The translations under genes and the position numbers were made by a program. A model generated the notes under the pieces. It searched no databases, had not been told where the DNA came from, and saw only the letters and a list, made by a program, of their open reading frames with translations. Shown here piece by piece: positions 1 through 8,600 of a stretch of 13,176 nt of DNA (positions are counted from its first letter, which is position 1; the number at the start of each line of letters is the position of its first letter). The DNA is from Bdellovibrionales bacterium (lineage in GTDB: Bacteria; Bdellovibrionota; Bdellovibrionia; Bdellovibrionales; JAMPXM01), in the NCBI GenBank assembly GCA_043739185.1, contig JAYUEN010000310.1, positions 1 through 13,176 of the forward strand, written 5' to 3'.

Positions 1-30
1 CTAGCCCCTAGATCAAATTTGTGAAATCGT

Positions 31-1476
31 ATGGGGGTGATGAAATCTCGAAAATCCATCTATTTTATTTTAAATAGTAAAGCTTATGAGGTAACTGGAG
101 AGCAATGCTTTTTACCATTGGCTGATTTTCTTCGCTATGAAAGGTCCTTGACCGGAACCAAAATCGTTTGTGCGGAGGGAGACTGTGGGGCCTGCACCGT
201 GCTCTTGGCTTCTGTTCATGAACTTGACAAAGGATTACTTAAATTTAAGGCGGTCAATGCGTGTATCCTGCCTTTGTTTGCAATCGATGCATGTCAGATT
301 TTAAGTGTCGAGGCGCTCAAATATGAAAACAGTCTGCATCCGGTGCAAACTTCAATGCTCAATCAATTTGCCTCACAATGTGGATACTGTACGCCGGGAT
401 TTGTATGCGCTATGACTTCATTGCTTGAAGATTCAATTTTGAATAAAAAAACTATTACTGAAAAGCGGGCGAAAAACTATATGACCGGCAATTTGTGTCG
501 CTGCACCGGCTATGATCCGATCCTTAAAGCTGCGATGGCTCTTCCTCTTAATACTGAAAGTTTGCAAAAGCGATTTTCAAATGCAAAGCAGATTACTGAA
601 TTGAAAAAGCACGCCAAGATTCCTGTTGAAATGAAGGCTTTGGGTGTTTCTCTTTTTTTACCGACCAATCTCAAGCAGGCCATGAAAATAAAAATGAATG
701 AAAAGGCTGTGCAAATTGTAGCCGGCGCTACTGACATAGGAGTAGCCGTTAACAAGGGGCGAACTGAATATCGGAACGTCATGTCTCTTCAAAATATTTC
801 AGATCTTTGGGAAATTAAAAAAACCAATGATTATATCGAAATATCTGCCAGAGTTCCGCTTTCAGAAGTTCAAAAGTATTTTAAAAAAGTCTTTCCCGAA
901 ATGGACCAGATGCTCAATATTTTTGCCTCCCCGCAAATTAAAAATTCAGCTACTCTGGTTGGAAATGTCGTAAACGCCTCTCCGATTGCAGATAGTATTC
1001 CATTTTTGATGGCTCAAGATGCTCAGGTAAAAATTGAAAGTGCCAAAGGGACCAGGCTCGTTCCGATTGATAAGTTTTACCTTGGATATAAAAAGCTCAA
1101 TTTGAAATCTCATGAACTCGTGAGTGCCATTCGCATTCCGACGCCCTCAAAACATGATGTTTTGAAATTGATGAAGGTCTCGCTTCGCAAAGATCTCGAC
1201 ATTTCTGCGGTTACCTTGGCAATTCGAATTCGACAGGAAAAAAACGATATTAGTGAAGCCCGAATTGTTTTTGGAGGAGTGGGCCCAGTGGTTTTTCGTA
1301 TTCCGAAAATTGAAAAGCAGTGGCTAGGACAGAGGTTTAAAAAAGAACTCCTGCTCGATCTCTCACAAAATATTTCAAAATATGTTGCGCCCATTTCCGA
1401 TGTGAGGGGCTCAAAGGAATATCGCAATTTGTTGTGCTGCAATCTCTTGAAAAAAATGGCAGATGAAATGATATGA
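31..1476 (+). CDS. xdhA: Xanthine dehydrogenase small subunit (two [2Fe-2S] clusters + FAD)
   Basis: GTKIVCAEGDCGAC and VNAC (first Fe-S cluster), QCGYCTPGF and GNLCRCTGY (second Fe-S cluster), FAD motifs AGATD and FASPQIKNSATLVGNVVNASPIAD, C-terminal PISDVRGSKEYR. Overlaps the next gene by ATGA. The start could be the ATG at 40 instead of 31. Confidence 0.95.
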   Translation: MGVMKSRKSIYFILNSKAYEVTGEQCFLPLADFLRYERSLTGTKIVCAEGDCGACTVLLASVHELDKGLLKFKAVNACILPLFAIDACQILSVEALKYENSLHPVQTSMLNQFASQCGYCTPGFVCAMTSLLEDSILNKKTITEKRAKNYMTGNLCRCTGYDPILKAAMALPLNTESLQKRFSNAKQITELKKHAKIPVEMKALGVSLFLPTNLKQAMKIKMNEKAVQIVAGATDIGVAVNKGRTEYRNVMSLQNISDLWEIKKTNDYIEISARVPLSEVQKYFKKVFPEMDQMLNIFASPQIKNSATLVGNVVNASPIADSIPFLMAQDAQVKIESAKGTRLVPIDKFYLGYKKLNLKSHELVSAIRIPTPSKHDVLKLMKVSLRKDLDISAVTLAIRIRQEKNDISEARIVFGGVGPVVFRIPKIEKQWLGQRFKKELLLDLSQNISKYVAPISDVRGSKEYRNLLCCNLLKKMADEMI

Positions 1477-3860
1477 AGGATTTGGCAGAAGAGTCTAAAA
1501 TAGATCAATTGCGACTTTTGATGCCGCAAAATACTATTCACGAAGGGGCTTATTCTCATATAACCGGAGAAAGTCTGTTCGTAGACGATATTGCGCCACA
1601 GAAAGATGAATTGCAAATTGGGTATTTGGGTAGCCCGGTAGCCTGTGGAATCTTAAAAAATATTAATACTTCAAGTGCGCTAAAAATTTCGGGAGTTGTT
1701 GCCGTATTGACAGCAAAAGATATTAAAAACAATCTTTGGGGCACAATCAAGCAGGACCAACCCATACTTATAGATAAAGAAATCGGCTATCGAGATGAAC
1801 CAATTTGTATTATAGTGGCCGATAATAAAAAAGCCGTTGCACTCGCCAAAAAAGCTATCGAGCTTGAAATTGAAGAACATATTCCCGTTCTGTCTCTAGA
1901 TGAAGCTATAAAAAATAAAATGTTTTTGTACTCGCCACTTGCTTTTCAATGTGGGGATGTCGATCTGGCTATGAAAAATTCCCAACATAAATTATCTGGA
2001 AGTTTTGAGATCGGCGGTCAAGAACACTTTTACCTCGAGTCACAAGCAGCCTTAGTATATCCGATTGAAGGCAATCAAATTAAGGTGATTTCTTCAACTC
2101 AGCATCCCACCGAGACGCAACACTTAGTAGCAGAATCTCTGGGCCTTGATTATCATCAAGTGGTTTGTGAAGTTCGTCGCATGGGGGGTGCCTTTGGTGG
2201 AAAAGAGAGCCAAGCTGCGCCCTTTGCTGCAATGGCAGCCCTCGCAGCCTTTAAATTTAAAAGATCCGCTCGAATTGCGATTTCAAAAGACGAAGACATG
2301 AAGGTGACAGGCAAACGTCACCCTTTTAAACAATTTTACGAGGTTGGATTTGATCAGACTGGTATAATTTTAGGGCTCAAAGTGAAACTCTACGCCGATG
2401 CTGGCGCCTATACAGATCTCACACCATCCATTCTCGATCGAGCCATGTTTCATACCGATGGCTCCTATTATCTTGAAAATGCTCTCATTGAAGCTTGGGC
2501 GTGTAAGACCAATACTCATTCGAATACGGCGTTTAGAGGTTTTGGCGGCCCGCAAGGGAATCTATTAATCGAATATATTATTGAAGATATAGCGCAATAT
2601 TTAAATAAAGATGCAGCTCAAATACGCGAACTCAATCTTTATCAAAAAGAAACGCGCAACTATACTCCCTATGGACAATGTGTAGAAAACAATCTGTTGC
2701 CAGATCTTTTTTCAAAAATAATCGAAGATTCTAATTATTTGGTAAGAAGAAATGAGATCAAAGCCTTTAATGAAAGGGACAAGACTCATATAAAAGGACT
2801 TGCCTTAACAGCTTGTAAATTTGGAATTTCATTTACCGCCAAATTTCTCAATCAAGGGAATGCATTGGTTAATATTCACCGTGACGGCAGTATTCAGGTG
2901 TCAACAGGCGCAACTGAAATGGGTCAGGGAGTAAATACAAAGATTGCTCAAGTTGTAGCTCATGAATTTGGAATTTCTGTCAACAAAGTTCAAGTTCTGG
3001 TCACTTCGACAGAGAAGAATGCCAATACTTCACCTACCGCGGCTTCAAGTGGTTCCGATATTAATTGCTCGGCTGCTCTGCTTGCGTGTGAGAAGATAAA
3101 ATATCGTTTAGCGCAAATTGCAATTTCTTATTTGGTGACTCAGCCGCGACCTCCAATTGCGCCAAGCCTAAAAGAAATTGAAGTAACAGACACAAGTGAA
3201 CTTGCGAATGTCAGTATTCACGAGGTTGAATTTCGTGAAAATATGGTTTCATATAAAAACTCCAAAATGATGCTCATAGATCTTATTGAGCTTGCATATT
3301 TAAACAGAATTTCGATCAGTGATTACGCTCATTATAAAACCGAAGGACTTTCTTTTGATCGCTCCAAATCAAAAGGAAATGCGTTCAAATATTTCACTCC
3401 AGGAGTTGCCGTTTCAGAAGTCCTCATCGATCGCTATACTGGTGAAACCAAAATACTACGAGCGGATATCCTAATGGATCTCGGAAGACCCATGAATTTG
3501 GGAATTGATTTGGGCCAAGTGACGGGCGGATTCATTCAAGGGGCAGGCTGGATGACAACTGAAAAACTATATTACAGTCCGCAAGGCGCACTCCTTTCCT
3601 ATTCGCCAACGACTTATAAAATTCCAAATATTCAAGATACTCCACGTATTTTTAATGTAAAATTATTAGAAAATAACCTAAATGTGAAAAATGTCTCTCG
3701 ATCGAAAGCTGTGGGCGAGCCACCACTTTTATTAAGCGCCAGTGTTTTTATGGCAATTAAGAATGCGCTAAGTTACAAATCGAAGGGAAAACGCATTGAA
3801 CTCAAACTCCCGGCAACTCCAGAAGTTATTTTAACCGAACTTCATCGTCATGAACTTTGA
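1473..3860 (+). CDS. xdhB: Xanthine dehydrogenase molybdopterin-binding subunit
   Basis: GGQEHFYLE, SSTQHP, RRMGGAFGGKESQ (substrate Glu), DRAMFH (substrate Arg), TAFRGFGGPQG, TEMGQG, SPTAASSGSD and SKAVGEPP (catalytic Glu). Translationally coupled to xdhA through ATGA at 1473-1476. Confidence 0.96.
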   Translation: MKDLAEESKIDQLRLLMPQNTIHEGAYSHITGESLFVDDIAPQKDELQIGYLGSPVACGILKNINTSSALKISGVVAVLTAKDIKNNLWGTIKQDQPILIDKEIGYRDEPICIIVADNKKAVALAKKAIELEIEEHIPVLSLDEAIKNKMFLYSPLAFQCGDVDLAMKNSQHKLSGSFEIGGQEHFYLESQAALVYPIEGNQIKVISSTQHPTETQHLVAESLGLDYHQVVCEVRRMGGAFGGKESQAAPFAAMAALAAFKFKRSARIAISKDEDMKVTGKRHPFKQFYEVGFDQTGIILGLKVKLYADAGAYTDLTPSILDRAMFHTDGSYYLENALIEAWACKTNTHSNTAFRGFGGPQGNLLIEYIIEDIAQYLNKDAAQIRELNLYQKETRNYTPYGQCVENNLLPDLFSKIIEDSNYLVRRNEIKAFNERDKTHIKGLALTACKFGISFTAKFLNQGNALVNIHRDGSIQVSTGATEMGQGVNTKIAQVVAHEFGISVNKVQVLVTSTEKNANTSPTAASSGSDINCSAALLACEKIKYRLAQIAISYLVTQPRPPIAPSLKEIEVTDTSELANVSIHEVEFRENMVSYKNSKMMLIDLIELAYLNRISISDYAHYKTEGLSFDRSKSKGNAFKYFTPGVAVSEVLIDRYTGETKILRADILMDLGRPMNLGIDLGQVTGGFIQGAGWMTTEKLYYSPQGALLSYSPTTYKIPNIQDTPRIFNVKLLENNLNVKNVSRSKAVGEPPLLLSASVFMAIKNALSYKSKGKRIELKLPATPEVILTELHRHEL

Positions 3861-4641
3861 AGCTTTTTTGTCGGAATTTAAAGCAGCTCAAGGAAGTGGT
3901 CGCCCCTTTGTTGTCGTGACTTTAGTCGATTGCCAAGGCAGTGCTCCCCAAGAAGTTGGTGCCCGCATGATTGTCAATGATCTGGGTTATTTATCAGGAA
4001 CTGTGGGCGGCGGAAAATTAGAAAAGGCAAGTATTGAAAAAGCCCAACAGCTCTTAACTGATAAAGTAATGCAACCGCAATTTCAAAAATGGAATTTACA
4101 GAGCGATCTCAAAATGAGTTGTGGCGGAGTCGTGAGCTTATTTTTTGAAATGCATAATCCCTTGGGACTTTGGAAAGTGGTGATCTTTGGAGCCGGCCAT
4201 GTTTCACAAGAACTCATTCGGGTTTTACTTCGTCTAGAATGCCAAATTATTTGCATTGATCCTCGCCTTGAATGGCTTGCTAAATTGCCAAAGGATGCCA
4301 AGCTTCAAATTGAAAATTGTCAAGATATGCCCGAAAGAGCACGAAATATAGCCAAAGAATCCTTTGTTGTACTTGCTACGATGGGGCATTCAACTGACTT
4401 TCCTATCTTAAGAGAACTATTGCTGTCGCAATCCTATTCCTATATTGGAGTTTTAGGCAGCGATGTCAAAGCTCAGAAGATGCGGCAGGAGCTTAAGAAT
4501 GAATGCATTTCGGATCAAAAAATAAATTCATTTTTCTGTCCAATTGGTGAATTCATTGGGGACAATACGCCTGCTGAAATTGCCATTAGTATTTCTGCCC
4601 AATTGTTAAAAATTCGTGATCTCAAGAATTCAAGCCGCTAA
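3850..4641 (+). CDS. xdhC: Xanthine dehydrogenase accessory (Moco sulfuration/insertion) protein XdhC
   Basis: GSAPQEVGARM, GTVGGGKLE, CGGVV, Rossmann-like IFGAGHV, TMGHSTD, YIGVLGS, CPIG and PAEIAISI. Overlaps the xdhB end by 11 bp. Confidence 0.93.
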   Translation: MNFEAFLSEFKAAQGSGRPFVVVTLVDCQGSAPQEVGARMIVNDLGYLSGTVGGGKLEKASIEKAQQLLTDKVMQPQFQKWNLQSDLKMSCGGVVSLFFEMHNPLGLWKVVIFGAGHVSQELIRVLLRLECQIICIDPRLEWLAKLPKDAKLQIENCQDMPERARNIAKESFVVLATMGHSTDFPILRELLLSQSYSYIGVLGSDVKAQKMRQELKNECISDQKINSFFCPIGEFIGDNTPAEIAISISAQLLKIRDLKNSSR

Positions 4642-5650
4642 AACGTGAAAAAACGCGAATGCGATTGAAGCCGCCATCTGGGTATACCTTGATTTTTAAT
4701 TGTTGAACTTTATCGTTTAAACCAATTGGCATCGTAAATGTATTGCCAGCATAGGCTTTGACGTTGGTGCGAGAAATCAGATCCAACCATTGCTCTTTTA
4801 CAAAGGCTTGAATTTGCATTTTTAGGGGATTGTTATTTTTAAAGTATGTGAAATCAATTTCAATGTGATGAATTTTGCAGTCTTGCTTCAAACCAATGAC
4901 GATTTCTTCAAAGTGATTGGCGGTACGACTCCGTGCGGATTCAAAGCCATCAAACATATCGAGTGGCGTATAAGGAGATAAAATTTGAATTGCAGGGCCG
5001 TAGTGTTCATTTGAGGCAGAGATAATTTTAGCACCGTAAGCTAGGCTTGCGACATTAAATTCTTCGCCATTTTCTAGTCTTGCATAATTTGATTGAATTC
5101 GCTTTGAATCAATAAAGTATTTTGGGGCAAGTGGCTTTTTGGGCTGCGGAACGGCCTCATGAAAAGGATGGCTAATCGCTACTTGAGAGAATTTATTTAA
5201 TTCAGAATTTGGCAGAGTTTCAAAAATAGCAAAACGAGTGAGGCCTCCATCAGGCAATTGAGAAACTTTGAAAGTATTATATTTTTCAGTAGCCTTTTCG
5301 AGCGTGATATATTGAATGGCGTGGCCCTTAAGTTCAGTTCGATCGAGTAGGATTTTCCAATTCTGACTTTCTTCATCCCAAGCGGCGAACTGAATTGCAG
5401 GAGCTTGATTCCCCAAATGAAATTGAGTTGAGATCAAAAGATATCGAATGCAAGCAGGCTTTAATATTTTAAAAATTAAATCATCCGATGCTTTCGCATT
5501 ATGACGAACACTCTCCCAACTATCCATAATTTTACCCTGCATGCCGTAAAGTTCAGGATCGTATTCGGGAGGATGAGCTGAAAATAAATTCTCAGCGCGG
5601 GCAAACTTTTGATTGCTCACCTCTAAAATCTCTGAGCCTTTTGCAAGGCT
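4622..5650 (-). other. Domain (aa ~1231-1572): allantoicase, two tandem repeats
   Basis: Repeat 1: SNQKFARAENL...GKIMDSWESVRH...STQFHLGNQAP...PDGGLTRF. Repeat 2 from ~aa 1429: ASLAYGAKIISASNEHYG...DGFESARSR...IDFTYFKNNNP...YPDGGFNRIRVF. Confidence 0.85.
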
Positions 5651-8600
5651 TAAATTTAAGAGGGGGTCGACTAAAGAAGTTCGCACAATCTCTTCTGGCA
5701 GCGTGGGTCTAAAAGCGTCAAACAGCATTGTTTTGTAGGCCTGATTGACAATATTTTCAGGACTGACATTTTTTGTATTAAATTGTTTCGGAAAGGATGT
5801 TGTATCAACCCCCTCTAAGTTAAGTTCCCGACAAATCCTTTGCGCGGCCTCACAAATAAAGCTCACTCCATTGCTATCCGCATTGCATAATATAGTGAAA
5901 CCCTTGCCTAAATCTGGACCGGCAAAACAATATACAAAAATACAACGAAAGCCATCATTGGCTCCTTGATGAAGGGCAAAGCGATTCGGTCCTGCTTCAA
6001 TAGTAAAAATCCCAAGACCCATTCGCGCGCCCATAAATTCAATACTCGCTTTGTCTTGCCCAAATAACATTTGAACTGCGGTTGAATGAGAAATCGGGCC
6101 GGCTCCTTTGCAATCGTGAAATGCCTGCGCTAGTTTTTCTAAGAATTGAGTGACGGCTTCTGCCGTTCCCAGGGCTCCGGCCGCAAATGCCGGAAACATC
6201 TTTCTTGAGGTGGGAACTTCACTACCATCTGCTAAATATCCATTTGCACAAGCCTTCGCATTTGCTTTTTGGTCAAAAGTAATTTCGAGGTCGCCTAAAG
6301 AACTAAAAAATGACCTGGTCACATCTTTTATATTGTTATTTTCTAAGGCCTCAATGAGATGTTCAAGAACCAAAAATCCTCCGCCTGAATATTGAAATCT
6401 TTGTCCAGGAGGATTTAAAACACCCACTTTTGCATAAGAATACATTTCATTGCCATTTAGTAAGCTTGAAATCTTTGGCATTTCTTTATCATAGGGAATG
6501 CCATTTACGTAATGTAAATTAAGTGCTGTATGCTCCATCAAATGACAGATTGTTACTTCGTTGCTCCATTCGGGATGGGCAGGATTTAGTGAAACCAACC
6601 TAAACTGCGAAGTGGTTTTTTCAAAAAGACTATTCACACTCGTTTCGAGAGAGATTTGATGATTCTCAAAGTACTCAATCGCAAAACAGCTCGCAATAGA
6701 TTTACTTAAAGAGGCCAATTGAAAAAGGGTTTTTTTGGTGAGATCCTGAAGAGCCTTTTTTCCTTCTCCTAAAAGTAAAACTTCATTTTTATTAAACCCC
6801 GAGCTTATGCATATCTGGGCGCCGACTATATTATATTTTGTCAAAGAGGCTTCTAAAGCATCATGCAGAGAATGTTTTACAGACAATAATCTTTTGGCGC
6901 TAATTTCCCAAAGTGCCTGTTTTGCATTTATCAATTCTTTCTCAATTGAATTTTGTAAACGCAAATTCAATACTTGTAAAAGCTCTGAAGCGTTTCTTCC
7001 TTGAGCTGATATTAAAAACTTGATGCCAAATTTCTCAAGGTATTTAGCGCCAAGTATTCGCAATTGGCTTAGGCTATCTTTCTCACCTTGATGAACCATA
7101 GATTGCTCGTTTTGAGCCTTTTCATCGAGAGTTTTTTTGTCTTCTCCGATATCTCCGTGAAAGAAGGCAGCAGCGGTAATTTCGTTGACATTAAAATTCA
7201 ATATTATCTCTTGAGCACGCTTAAGGTCGAGATTTAATTGGGAAGCCATGGCTTGAGCGAACTCTTGATTCCCACAAATTGAAAAATAAAAATTAAATTT
7301 ATCAATATAAGTGGCCAATTTGTATTTTGAAGCATCAATTCTTAACATTTCGTCCCATGGCCTTTCGCTTTCTCGAATAGTGGGATTGCTAAATGGCAGC
7401 AAAAGTTCGGAAGCAAATTCAACGGGATTGGGATTCGTCATAAGTTGAATCATGATATTGAGCGCAACGGGATACCACTTTTCAGTTCGTCTGTCCCATT
7501 TGACCTGAACGATCTTCTGTTTATTTGAAAGATCCTTTCGAATAAAAACAAATTCTTCAGCCGCAATTCTTAAAAAGTCTTCAATTGAAAATCTTTGATG
7601 ATGGATTTCATGCCAAACTTCCCAGCGCGAACGTTCGGCAGTTGCTAAATCATCCATCACTCGAACGGGGACAGTTTCAATTTGAGCTGGCAGCGCAACA
7701 CAGCCATTGCCTGATAACCAATCGGTGAGATATTGCAGGGATTGAAAAATATTATAGCGTATTTCTTCTGGATGATCGTTGGCAATAAATTTAGACTCTT
7801 TTAAATCGGCAACTATGAGTGAACGAGCATACATTGGACTGTCTGGATCAAGACCTTCAAGATCAGGCCTTTCAATAAATTCAATTATCTCTTGGTGATA
7901 TTTTTTATCTAAGAGAGATTTAACCAATGTTGTAAGCGGAACAGAGTCTCCTTCCTTGCGGAGCTTCCAAGCTTCAACAAGGGCAATTCCGAGCCGAACA
8001 AAGTCGGGATGTGCTACCCAAAAACCAGACAATTCGCGTTTCATTTGGGTGATGACGTCTTTGATATAACCGCGAATGGTAAGTTGAAAAGATGCACCTT
8101 TGAGATCATTATCAACGGGCAAAACCCCATACATGCCACCAATTTTTACTCCGCCGCGTGCACCTACCACCTCGGCCAGTAATTGGTGTGAAGCTTTGAT
8201 ATAATTGATGACAATATTGGGATCTGCCTTTACCGGAATTCGATAATTCGCATCTTCCTTAAAAAGCCTAGCAGTAGAGGCCAAATAGTCATGCCAGCCA
8301 AGACTTGCCCCTGCAAAATAAGGAAAGAGCTCGTCCATCAGTTCGTGGACTCTAAATATCAAGCGAGGATTTTCTAAAACTACAAATAAACGAATTGTCC
8401 CTAGACGATACTCAGGATGCATCTGCTGAATTTTCAGTTCGGCACGCGCGACCATTGTTTTTATATATCGAGCCTCTTCAGTGGTTTCTAATTTGGGTAC
8501 ATAAAAAGCCAAAGCTTCTTGGTTGTGCCAATTGTGAAAAAGATGGAGACTAAAATCATAAAGGTGAAGTGGCAAAGGCTGATCTTTGTAAAGTAAAAAC

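Noticed and set aside
1..10. CTAGCCCCTA resembling CTAGACCCCTA at ~12403-12413 as a shared operator or element end
   Set aside because: The match is too short and gapped. The second copy is explained as the minus-strand RBS (AGGGG) of the 176-aa gene.
510..4301. Minus-strand ORFs 510-782, 1110-1616, 1556-1765, 1680-1880, 2370-2555 and 4083-4301
   Set aside because: They are antisense shadows of the well-supported xdhABC genes and have no recognisable motifs.
5800..6880. Class C beta-lactamase antibiotic-resistance gene
   Set aside because: It is an internal domain of a cytoplasmic metabolic fusion with no signal peptide, and it has YSG and HQG instead of the YxN and KTG of true AmpC enzymes.
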